This document shows, piece after piece, positions 37,715 to 46,388 of a DNA stretch of 64,000 nt (position 1 is the stretch's first letter; each line of letters begins with the position of its first letter). The notes beneath the pieces are model-generated. The model was not told where the DNA came from. It ran no database searches and saw only the letters and a list, made by a program, of their open reading frames with translations. The position numbers and the translations under genes are program-made. Origin of the DNA: Alphaproteobacteria bacterium (GTDB taxonomy: Bacteria > Pseudomonadota > Alphaproteobacteria > SP197); assembly GCA_964291415.2 (NCBI GenBank), contig OZ219918.1, forward strand, positions 160,001 through 224,000, in the 5' to 3' direction.

Positions 37715-40227
37715 CGGACGCCAACCTCCTGCCGGAAGAACTCGCGGACGACACCGCGGACCGGCACTTCGTGCCCGCTCCCTGCCAGATCGCCTGCCCG
37801 GTCGGCACGGACGCGCCATCCTACATCGCCCACATCTGGGAAGGCAGGTTTGCCGAGGCCTTCGAGGCCATCACGGCGACCAACCCGTTCAGTTCGATCT
37901 GCGGGCGCGTCTGCGACGCACCCTGTGAACCGGCGTGCCGGCGTACGGCAAGCGACGGACCCGTGCAGATCCGCAATCTCAAGCGCTTCGTCATGGACAA
38001 GCTCGGGGCCGAGTGGGTGCCGCCGGCGGCTGAGGTCACCCGTGAAGAGAGTATCGGCATCGTCGGAGCCGGGCCGGCCGGACTGGTGGCGGCCCACGAC
38101 CTTGCCGTCGCCGGATTCAGGGTCGATGTCTATGAGATGACCGACCGTCCAGGCGGCATGATGATCTGGGGCATTCCGGCGTTTCGCCTGCCCGCCGGCA
38201 CCCTGAACGAAGACATGGAGCGGCTGCAGGCCCGCTGTCCCGGACTCGCCATCCACACGAACGTTGCCCTGGGCCGGGACATCACGCTCGCCGACCTCAA
38301 GAAACGCCACGCTGCGGTGGGGCTCACCATCGGTTCCTGGTGGGGCAAGACCATGGGGATCCCCGGTGAGGATGACGGCCGCGTGATCGACGGCGTCGAG
38401 TTCCTGCGCCGGGTCAACGCCGGAGAACGCCCGGCAATGCCGGCGAAAGTCGTCGTCGTTGGCGGCGGCGATGTCGCCATGGATGCCTGCCGGGCCGCCC
38501 TGCGCCTTCCGGGGTGCGAGGAGGTCACGGTCATCTACCGGCGCGGCCCGGAGGACATCCCGGCGCGAAAGATCGAACTCGAGGGCGCCATCGAGGAAGG
38601 CATCGAGTTCATCTACAACACGCAGCAGGTCGGCGTTCTTGCCGACAACGAGGATCGCCTGAGACTGCGTTGCGTGCGCACCACGGCCGGCGAACCTGAT
38701 GCAGACGGCCGTCGTCGGCCCGTCACGGTCGAGGGATCCGAGCACGACATCATGTGCGGCATGGTCATCGCCGCGGTCGGCCAGTACGGCGCCTGCGACG
38801 ACCCCGCCACCCGCAACCTCATGTCCGGCGATCGCGTGCGGACCGACTGGGAGACCATGCGGACCGATGATCCGCAGATCTTCGCCGCCGGTGACGGAGC
38901 TTTCGGGGGCTCCACCATCGTCATGGCCATGAGCCATGGCCAGCGGCTGGCCTACTACATCAAGGCGTGGCTCGACGGCATCGACGATCCCGTTCCCTAT
39001 CGTACGCCGTGGCGGACGCGGCGTGTGCAGGTGGCCCAGGATCTCAAGTGGGAACTCTTCGGCCTGCACCATCCGCCGTTCCACGGCGTCGGCGACAATC
39101 CGGTCGCATTCCCGGAAATCGAGTCGACCTACACCTGGGAGGAGGCGCGCAACGAGGCGGCGCGATGCTATCGCTGCGACGCCGAGACGGGCTCGGCCGA
39201 CTACTCTGTCGTCAACCGGGAGGACATCTTCCTGATGGCGCGGATGAAGCGCGAGGATACGGCGCGCCAGTCCGGCATGCTGGCCAAGCGCCTGCGGCCG
39301 CGTGACAATCCGTTTCCCGGGGACCGTCCGGCCACTGTCGACGACCTGGTGTTCCTGCCGGCCAATCTGTCGAGACTGGTGATCGACCCCTATCGCGAGG
39401 CCTGCAAGGTGGCGACGGATCTGGGGTCCGGACGCATGGAGGTGGCGCAACCCTTCTTCGTGACCGGCTTCGACAACGCACCGGCGGATGTGAAGCGGGG
39501 GGTCGGCCGGGGAATCGCGGAAGCGGCGGCAGGCTACATCGGCATGCAGCCGGTCGCCGACGATGTGGCGTGGTTGCAGCTGGTGGTGGAGGGGCAGATT
39601 CCGCCGCAGGAGGACGCCGCGGGCCTCATTCACGTCATCGGTCCCCGCTTCGAGGCGCCAACGAGGATCCGGCGGTTTCGCGAGGACCAGATCCTCGGCC
39701 TCGCCGTCTCCCACGGGAGCGCTCTCGAGGATGCCATCGGGTTTGCCCTCGATCAGGACCTCGACGTCCTCCTGGTCAACGGCAACACCGCCACCGGACG
39801 CGACTGGCCGGAACTCACCGGCGCGCCCGACCTCACGCTCATGCGCGACACCATCGCCTGCCTGCGTCGGCTCAACATGGAAGAGGAGATCGACATCCTC
39901 TGGTTCGGCGGTCTGCGTTCCGGAACCGATGCCGCCAAGCTCATTGGCATGGGTGCGAAGTCGCTGGTCATGGGCATGACCGTGGCCCTGGCGGCCGGAG
40001 CCGAGTTTGACGAGACCCACCGGCTTACGTTCGCCCCCGACGTTACGGCCGACGAGTGCTCCCGGGCGGTTGCCAACATTCTGAAATCCGCGGTGGGCGA
40101 GGCGTCGATGATGGCCCGCTGCACCGGCAAGACCAATCTCCACAACCTGGAACCCGAGGATCTGCGCGCCCTCACGCTCGCCACCGCCGAGGCCACCGGA
40201 CTGGTTCTCGCCGGACACACGTACTGA
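37711..40227 (+). CDS. GltD-like FAD/NAD(P)H Fe-S oxidoreductase fused to a degenerate glutamate-synthase FMN-barrel domain
   Basis: PCQIACP, CGRVCDAPCE..C, GAGPAG, GIPAFRL, GGGDVAMD.CR and EAARCYRC, then a C-terminal half ending in ARCTGK..LHNLEPEDL.AL, like the GlxD C-terminus. Confidence 0.85.
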   Translation: MTDANLLPEELADDTADRHFVPAPCQIACPVGTDAPSYIAHIWEGRFAEAFEAITATNPFSSICGRVCDAPCEPACRRTASDGPVQIRNLKRFVMDKLGAEWVPPAAEVTREESIGIVGAGPAGLVAAHDLAVAGFRVDVYEMTDRPGGMMIWGIPAFRLPAGTLNEDMERLQARCPGLAIHTNVALGRDITLADLKKRHAAVGLTIGSWWGKTMGIPGEDDGRVIDGVEFLRRVNAGERPAMPAKVVVVGGGDVAMDACRAALRLPGCEEVTVIYRRGPEDIPARKIELEGAIEEGIEFIYNTQQVGVLADNEDRLRLRCVRTTAGEPDADGRRRPVTVEGSEHDIMCGMVIAAVGQYGACDDPATRNLMSGDRVRTDWETMRTDDPQIFAAGDGAFGGSTIVMAMSHGQRLAYYIKAWLDGIDDPVPYRTPWRTRRVQVAQDLKWELFGLHHPPFHGVGDNPVAFPEIESTYTWEEARNEAARCYRCDAETGSADYSVVNREDIFLMARMKREDTARQSGMLAKRLRPRDNPFPGDRPATVDDLVFLPANLSRLVIDPYREACKVATDLGSGRMEVAQPFFVTGFDNAPADVKRGVGRGIAEAAAGYIGMQPVADDVAWLQLVVEGQIPPQEDAAGLIHVIGPRFEAPTRIRRFREDQILGLAVSHGSALEDAIGFALDQDLDVLLVNGNTATGRDWPELTGAPDLTLMRDTIACLRRLNMEEEIDILWFGGLRSGTDAAKLIGMGAKSLVMGMTVALAAGAEFDETHRLTFAPDVTADECSRAVANILKSAVGEASMMARCTGKTNLHNLEPEDLRALTLATAEATGLVLAGHTY

Positions 40228-40238
40228 AGAGCCCGGTT

Positions 40239-40772
40239 TCAGGTTCTCGTGGCGGGGGCGAGATCGATGACCCTGGGGTCGTATCCGCAGGCCGAAAGGA
40301 AGCGCAGTAGATCACGCGGATGGAGGGCCGTCGTCCGGTTGTTGACGAGCGGGTGCAGGTTGACGAGGTCCGTTTCCATGAGGGCGCGATCGATGTAGAC
40401 GCCGATCTCCTCGCCCGTGTCATTGACGAGCGCAAGGGGCGTCACGGCCCCGGGCTCGACACCGAGAATGTCGCGCACCCTTTCGGGGCGGGCGAAGCTC
40501 AGGCGGGCCGAGCCGATGAGTCCGGCGAGGGCCTTGAGGTCGAGTTCGCGTGACTCCTCGACCACCGCGAGCCACAGCCGCGCCTTCTTGTCCTTGAAGA
40601 ACAGTGTCTTGCAGTGGAGTCCAGGGAGGCTGCCGCGCAACGCGCGGTTGTCGGCCACGGTATGGACGGGTTCATGTTCGTGGGTCGTGCTGGGGATGCC
40701 GAGCTCCTCGAGTCTGGCGAGCAGGTCGCCGGGCGTCGCCCTGCCCGGCATCGTCGTCGTCGGTCGGTTCAT
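40239..40772 (-). CDS. YbaK/ProX-like aminoacyl-tRNA editing domain protein
   Basis: Motifs HEPVHTV, HCKTLF.KDKK, RLSFA, LGVEPGAVTP and HPLVN. Confidence 0.88.
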   Translation of the reverse strand: MNRPTTTMPGRATPGDLLARLEELGIPSTTHEHEPVHTVADNRALRGSLPGLHCKTLFFKDKKARLWLAVVEESRELDLKALAGLIGSARLSFARPERVRDILGVEPGAVTPLALVNDTGEEIGVYIDRALMETDLVNLHPLVNNRTTALHPRDLLRFLSACGYDPRVIDLAPATRT

Positions 40773-40905
40773 GGGGCATGTGATCCGGTCTGGTGATGCA
40801 ATCAGGTCCCGGCTTTCCGGCGGTCGACAAATGTCCTACACTTCCGGGGTCTTGATGCAAGGGATCTTGAGCCCTTGTTGATCACTTCTGGGAGGATCCA
40901 GGGAG

Positions 40906-42354
40906 ATGACTGATCAACTAGCTTCGCTTACCGTCATCTTCACGGAATTCTACTACTGGGTCACGGTCGTCATCATGTTCCTGATCCACGTAGGGTTCTG
41001 TGTCTATGAGGTCGGCGCCTCGCGCCGCAAGAATCTTCAACACACGCTGATGAAGAACACGATGCTGATCCCGCTGGTCACCATCACGTTCTTCTATTTC
41101 GGATGGTGGATCTACTTCGCCTTCCCCTACTTCCCGCTGATGGGCGGATTATCGGATGCGCCTTGGGCCGTGCCGTGGTCCGAACTCATGGGCACCCACA
41201 TGGGCGGTGCGGTCACCGTTCAGGCCGCGAGCCTGACGTCGGATGACACCATGTTCTGGGCCCGCATCAACGGGGTCTTCTGGGCAGCCTTCCTGCTGTT
41301 CTCATGGACCACCGCGTCCATCGTCTCCGGTGCCGTCATCGAACGCATCAAGACCCAGGCGTTCCTGCTCGTGGTCGTTCTTGTCGGTTCGGTGACATGG
41401 ATTATCGATGCCGCCTGGGGCTGGAGCTGGAATGGCTGGATGGTGCAGCTGTGGGGCTATCACGATGCCTACGCATCCTCGGTGGTGCACGGCATTGCCG
41501 GTGGCTCGGCGCTGGGCATCCTGGTCGTGCTGGGTCCCAGACTCGGCAAGTTCGCGGCCGACGGGACGCCGCGCAACATACCCCAGAACAATCCCTGGCT
41601 CGTCACGGTCGGGCTGTTCCTGATCTATACCGGGTTCTGGGGATTCTATGCCGCGTGCAACATTCCCATCATCGACTACACCGCTGATGTCATGGGAGCC
41701 GAGGGAGCAGCCTTCTTCACGGCAACCAACATCTACCTGACCCCGACATCGCTTTCCGCCATTACCTTCAACTTCCTGATGTCGCTCTCGGGCGGTCTCC
41801 TGGCAGGCTATCTGGTCTCGAGGGGGCAGCCGTTCTGGAGCTATTCGGGCGGTCTTGCAGGCGTCATCTGCGCCTCTGCCGGCAACGATCTCTATCATCC
41901 GATCGAGTCGATGGTCATCGCCATGGTCGGTGTGTGGATCGCCTACAAGATGCACCACTGGGTGGAGAGAAGGTTCAAGATCGACGATGCGGTGGGCGCC
42001 GTGGCCGTGCACGGCTACGCCGGCTTCGCCGGGACGGTGATCGCGGGCTTCATGCTCTGGGGTTATCCCTCCAACGTCGCCTACGAAGCGACGGGCTGGT
42101 TCGGCAACACCGACGGTGTGGCATCCATCAATCCGCTCGGCCAGTTCCTTGGCGCCGTGCTGATGTTCTGGGGTCTTGGCTTCCTGCCCTGCTGGGTGCT
42201 GGCCAAGGTTCTCGATGGCCTGGGCTGGTTGCGTGTGCCGCGCGAAGTCGAACTTGCCGGTCTCGATACCCATGACTACGGGGATGCCTTCCCGTACCAC
42301 GCCTATCGTGACACGGCGATGGAAGACATCGACCGCGATCTCGCGAAGAGCTGA
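40906..42354 (+). CDS. amt: Ammonium/methylammonium transporter (Amt family, atypical)
   Basis: Multi-TM protein with SGAVIER, VVHG.AG, GPRLGKF, IDDAVGAVAVHG and RV....E..GLD. GGAG RBS. Confidence 0.9.
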   Translation: MTDQLASLTVIFTEFYYWVTVVIMFLIHVGFCVYEVGASRRKNLQHTLMKNTMLIPLVTITFFYFGWWIYFAFPYFPLMGGLSDAPWAVPWSELMGTHMGGAVTVQAASLTSDDTMFWARINGVFWAAFLLFSWTTASIVSGAVIERIKTQAFLLVVVLVGSVTWIIDAAWGWSWNGWMVQLWGYHDAYASSVVHGIAGGSALGILVVLGPRLGKFAADGTPRNIPQNNPWLVTVGLFLIYTGFWGFYAACNIPIIDYTADVMGAEGAAFFTATNIYLTPTSLSAITFNFLMSLSGGLLAGYLVSRGQPFWSYSGGLAGVICASAGNDLYHPIESMVIAMVGVWIAYKMHHWVERRFKIDDAVGAVAVHGYAGFAGTVIAGFMLWGYPSNVAYEATGWFGNTDGVASINPLGQFLGAVLMFWGLGFLPCWVLAKVLDGLGWLRVPREVELAGLDTHDYGDAFPYHAYRDTAMEDIDRDLAKS

Positions 42355-42381
42355 GCGGTTCCGGAAAGGAGACAGGAAACC

Positions 42382-42615
42382 ATGTCTACCAATGTTGAAA
42401 GCTGGTCCGATGTTGCGTCTCTGGGCGCCATCTATCCCTTCCCGGGAATCGAATGGCTCCTCGTCCTTGCTGGCGTCGCCATCTGGGTGATCTGGCACGT
42501 CTGGCAGATTCGTTCGGAGAATTCCGAGTACGATGCGGCGGTCCAACACTACAAGGACGTCGGCATGGACAAGGCCCTCGATCATCGAGGGCGCCATGAC
42601 GCCATGCTCGACTGA
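42382..42615 (+). CDS. Small single-TM protein downstream of amt
   Basis: MSTNVESW...GAIYPFPGIEWLLVLAGVAIWVIWHVWQIRSEN. Strong AAGGAGACAGGA RBS and followed by terminators. Confidence 0.8.
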   Translation: MSTNVESWSDVASLGAIYPFPGIEWLLVLAGVAIWVIWHVWQIRSENSEYDAAVQHYKDVGMDKALDHRGRHDAMLD

Positions 42616-42633
42616 CGGGCAAGCAACCAATTC

Positions 42634-42708
42634 CAGGGGGCGGTGACCCACCGCCCCCTGTTTGACGCGATCGGGGGATGGCGCCATGCCGTCCCCCGAT
42701 CCTCTTTT
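42634..42708 (+). terminator. Two tandem rho-independent terminator hairpins
   Basis: CAGGGGGCGGT..ACCGCCCCCTG-TTTG and ATCGGGGGATGGC..GCCGTCCCCCGAT-CCTCTTTT. Confidence 0.7.
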
Positions 42709-43009
42709 GGGGGAAGCCACGCAGGCGGCGAAACAGCAGCCTGACGTACGGGGAAGAGCCGCCTCTCGTGCAGGTCCACGCTCCCGATCCCCGAACTGCT
42801 ATGGTTGATTCCGCCCGATGGCGATGGACGGCTGCGCATGGCCGCTGGCCATTCCTCCGCGGCCAAACGGACGTCAGCCACCTTGCCTCTGAGGGCAGGG
42901 TCGCAGCCATCCGGGATGTCACCGGAGAGACAAGGCACCGAACAGCCGAAGCTGGCAACATGACCCCGCATCTTCGGTCTGAGGGCGATCAGAAAGCAGA
43001 TGTCTATTG

Positions 43010-43038
43010 TTGACATTGCAACCAATTGAAAATATGAA
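43010..43038 (+). promoter_or_regulatory. Putative sigma70 promoter of the nucleotidyltransferase gene
   Basis: TTGACA, 17 bp spacer, TATGAA, within an AT-rich patch. Confidence 0.45.
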
Positions 43039-43080
43039 CATTGGTAATGAAACCTGTCAGATCGAACTCTTCTTTACCAA

Positions 43081-44111
43081 ATGATGAAATTCAGCGAACT
43101 CGGATCAAGGGTGGCCAGAGAGCGGATCGACATGGTTCAGCTCTGGAATGCCTGGTCGGAAACCGAGAGCCTGCGGCGGCACAGTTTCCTGGGCTCGATG
43201 AACTGGGAGACGAGGAACGAAAGACACTATCTCTATAGAAGAAGAGTCGGAGTTGTGAAATCCCTTGGCCCTCGCTCGCCGGAAACGGAGAGAATCTTCG
43301 CTGCGTTCACCGAAGGAAAGAAGGCCAATGCGGAGAGACTGAAGGCGTTGAACGAAGAGATCCGTATCCAGGCCAGTGTTCTCCGCGCACTGGGTGCGGG
43401 ACGGCTTCCGCTCATGGCTGCCCGGACTCTGCGTGCACTGCAGTCCTATCGGACGGACAGTATCCGGACGGTCGGCACGATTGCACTCTATGCCTATGAG
43501 GCGCTTGCCGGTGTCATGTTCAGCAGGGACTCCACCGCCACGGGGGACCTCGATCTGTTGGTCGATGACCGCAACAGGCTGCAGCTTGTCTCGGAGGACG
43601 GGAAGCGGACAGGCCTGATTGCCCTGATCCAGAAGAGGGTAGACAGGACATTCCGTCCGCGGGCCGCCGGAGACTTCCGGTTGATCAACGATGAGGGCTA
43701 CATGGTCGAATTCATAAGGCCGCAGCCCAGATCGATACATCGACGCATGCCCGGAGCCGAACCTCTCGAGGAAGGGGATGTTGAGCCTGCGCCCATATTT
43801 GGTCTGCAATGGCTCGTCAACGCGCCCGCCGTGGAGACGGTGGTTCTGGACGAGCGCGGGTTTCCGGTCCCGATGAGGGTGCCGGATCCTCGTTGCTGGG
43901 CTCTGCACAAGTCGTGGCTTTCCAACAGACCGGACCGTGCTTCCCTGAGGAGGTCTCGGGACAGACAGCAGGCGGAACTGGTCATGCGTCTGGCCAGGAA
44001 CAACTGCCGCATCTTCCGTTCGACGGTGAATGGATGGCAAGAATGCCGAAGGAACTGCGCCTGATGGTCCCGGAAAAAGGTCCTGACGGCTCCATCGAAC
44101 CCCCGTGGTGA
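43081..44111 (+). pseudogene. GSU2403-family nucleotidyltransferase-fold protein with a probable frameshift near the 3' end
   Basis: SLGPRSPETE, VGT.ALYAYE, AT.DLDLL and PDPR..ALHK.WLS.R..R. The expected C-terminus EQLPHLPFD...MPKELR continues in another frame after about 43996. Confidence 0.7.
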
Positions 44112-44321
44112 TCGGATAACTCGCTGCCGCATTCCCAGGGCAGGGGGTATGCCGGTGTTCAGGTGACTTTTGCGGACATCGTTCTCTGTCGGACACCTCT
44201 TGTCCTGACTCTCGCGGATGTCGCAGGGGCATTGCAGGGTATCGGGTTTGCGGATTGCGCAACACGGTGTGGCGCGGCGGGATGTTCGATCAGTGCGCCG
44301 AAGCAGCGGACGTCGTGACGC

Positions 44322-44738
44322 TCACAGGCGCACCGGCCAGCAGGGCTCCACCTCGGTCCACTCGTCATCCGAGTCTTGCGGCCATGGCGGCATGGTCACC
44401 GCGAAGGCCGAAAGTGCCGCCTCACGGCCGGCGCGGAACTGGAAGGACGTGCCGAGCGGGATGGTCAGGCAGAGACCGGGTGTCAGCGCGACGACCTCCT
44501 CCTGTTCGTCCGTGCGGCGCCACATCTCGCCGCGGCCCTCGAGGATGTACCAGATTTCTTCCACGCTCCGGTGGCGACCGGCGCGCGACACGCTGCCCGG
44601 CGCCAGGCGGAAATGTGCGCCACTGCCGCCGGCAAGGGAGCACAGGATGCGGACCTCCGCACCGTCGGGCGCGAGCGTGTCGGCTTCGTGGGGCAGCTGC
44701 CGGGCGGCGGGACGCCGATCCTGAGAGGCAGCAGTCAT
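44322..44738 (-). CDS. Cupin domain protein
   Basis: Motifs APDGAEVRIL, HRSVEEIWYILEGRGEMWR, IPLGTSFQFR and TMPPWP. Confidence 0.85.
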   Translation of the reverse strand: MTAASQDRRPAARQLPHEADTLAPDGAEVRILCSLAGGSGAHFRLAPGSVSRAGRHRSVEEIWYILEGRGEMWRRTDEQEEVVALTPGLCLTIPLGTSFQFRAGREAALSAFAVTMPPWPQDSDDEWTEVEPCWPVRL

Positions 44739-44900
44739 GGCAGGACGTGACGGGTGTCCATCAGGAGTGATCCCGGAGATTGCTCCAGGCCGACCCATAC
44801 CACGCGACCCCCTGTCTGGAGAAGGAGCTTCCCCCCGCCGTCCGGCACGCACGGGCGCCGGGGCTGGAGAACCGGGTCCCTGGCGGGTATCGTTGCGGCC

Positions 44901-45122
44901 ATGAAACAGGAACTCGATGTGCGGGGGCTCGCCTGTCCCTTGCCCGTGCTCAAGGCGCGCAAGCGCCTCAAGGAGATGGCGAGCGGGGATGTCCTCGTCG
45001 TTCATGCCACCGATCCCGGTTCGCAGAAGGACTTCGAGGCCTTTGCCGACACCACCGGCCATGCTCTGCTCGCCACGTCCATGGATGCCGGCGTCTACAC
45101 GTTCGAGATCCGACGCCGCTGA
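44901..45122 (+). CDS. tusA: Sulfur carrier TusA family protein
   Basis: Motifs LDVRGLACPLP and ATDPGS..DF. Confidence 0.88.
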   Translation: MKQELDVRGLACPLPVLKARKRLKEMASGDVLVVHATDPGSQKDFEAFADTTGHALLATSMDAGVYTFEIRRR

Positions 45123-45244
45123 TCCTTGTCTGTCGCCAGCAAGTAGAACTGTCCGGTTTTCGTAGCACATCAATTGGCCGCTTCTGTCGCCGCTGATCCT
45201 TGTCTTGCGGATCGTCGGTTCCTGGTCTAGGGTGGTTCCAGTCA

Positions 45245-45332
45245 CTCACGGGGAGCTCCTTGGGAGCTGAGAGATGCCGAGACGCATCGACCCGTTGAAC
45301 CTGATCCGGATCATGCCGGCGTAGGGATTGAG
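45245..45332 (+). promoter_or_regulatory. TPP riboswitch (THI element)
   Basis: GGGGAGC...GCTGAGA...ACCCGTTGAACCTGATCCGGATCATGCCGGCGTAGGGA matches the consensus and lies directly upstream of thiBPQ. Confidence 0.93.
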
Positions 45333-45392
45333 GCGACGGTCTTTTCCCACCAGAAAGACACCCTCCCCGGCACCGGCGCCGAAGGAGGAACC

Positions 45393-46388
45393 ATGTCAAG
45401 AACAGCGACCTTTCTGTCGGCCGCCCTGCTCACCATCGTGTCAGCGCGGGCCGAAACACTTGATATCTACACATATGAGTCCTTTGTCAGCGAGTGGGGC
45501 CCGGGACCGCAGATCGAGGAGGCCTTCGAGGCCCGCTGCGAGTGCACCATCCGCTGGACGGCGGTCGATGACGCCGCGATCCTGCTGTCGAGGCTGCGCC
45601 TCGAGGGGTCAGGCGGAGACGCGGACGTGGTGCTCGGGCTCGACACCAACCTGATGGCCGAAACCCGCGACCTCGGCCTTGTCCGCCCGCATGGCCTTGC
45701 CGGCCTGGAGTTCGATCTGCCCGTTCCATGGGACGATCCCGTCTTCGTTCCCTTCGACTACGGGTACTTCGCCGTGATCTACGATGACCAGGCGCTGCCT
45801 CAGCCACCGGCATCACTCGATGACCTGGTGTCGGGCGGCAACGGCGCCGATCTCATCATCCAGGATCCCCGTACCAGCACCCCGGGGCTGGGCCTCATGC
45901 TGTGGATGAAGGCTGTCTTTGGCGATTCCGCGGCTGACGCCTGGCGCAGGCTGTCGTCACGTGTTCTCACGGTCACGGCAGGCTGGAGCGAGGCCTACGG
46001 TTTGTTCCTGGAGGGCGAGGCGCCGATGGTGCTGAGCTACACCACCTCTCCTGCCTATCACCAGCTTGTCGAGGGCGAGACGCGATACCGTGCCGCCATG
46101 TTCGAGGAAGGCCACTACATGCAGATCGAGGTGGCGGCCATGGTCGAGGGCACGGACCAGGAAGACCTCGCCCGCGACTTTCTGAGCTTCATTGCCACGC
46201 CGGAGTTCCAGGGTGCCATCCCGACCGGCAACTGGATGTACCCGGTGATCGATCTCGGTGACGATCTTCCCGACGTCTTCCGTGAACTGCCGGCGCCTGC
46301 CGTGTCACTGCTGCTGTCGCCGGATGAGGCCGGCGCCATGCGCAGGCAATGGATCGACGAGTGGCTGGAGGCGGCCATCGGAGAGTGA
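45393..46388 (+). CDS. thiB: Thiamine ABC transporter substrate-binding protein
   Basis: Motifs YTYESFVSEWGPGP, DPRTSTPGLG, GWSEAYG and SYTTSPAYH. Confidence 0.95.
   Translation: MSRTATFLSAALLTIVSARAETLDIYTYESFVSEWGPGPQIEEAFEARCECTIRWTAVDDAAILLSRLRLEGSGGDADVVLGLDTNLMAETRDLGLVRPHGLAGLEFDLPVPWDDPVFVPFDYGYFAVIYDDQALPQPPASLDDLVSGGNGADLIIQDPRTSTPGLGLMLWMKAVFGDSAADAWRRLSSRVLTVTAGWSEAYGLFLEGEAPMVLSYTTSPAYHQLVEGETRYRAAMFEEGHYMQIEVAAMVEGTDQEDLARDFLSFIATPEFQGAIPTGNWMYPVIDLGDDLPDVFRELPAPAVSLLLSPDEAGAMRRQWIDEWLEAAIGE

Noticed and set aside
37510-40218. 902-aa minus-strand ORF
   Set aside because: Antisense shadow of the GltD fusion gene. It has no motifs, and such shadows are common in high-GC DNA.
40794-40860. 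TGATGCAA direct repeat upstream of amt as an NtrC or sigma54 site
   Set aside because: It is only 8 bp, does not match TGCAC-N7-GTGCA or a -24/-12 GG/GC pattern well, and could be chance.
44739-45245. N-terminal part of the 307-aa minus ORF 44322-45245
   Set aside because: It overlaps tusA on the opposite strand. Only the cupin portion from 44738 is credible.
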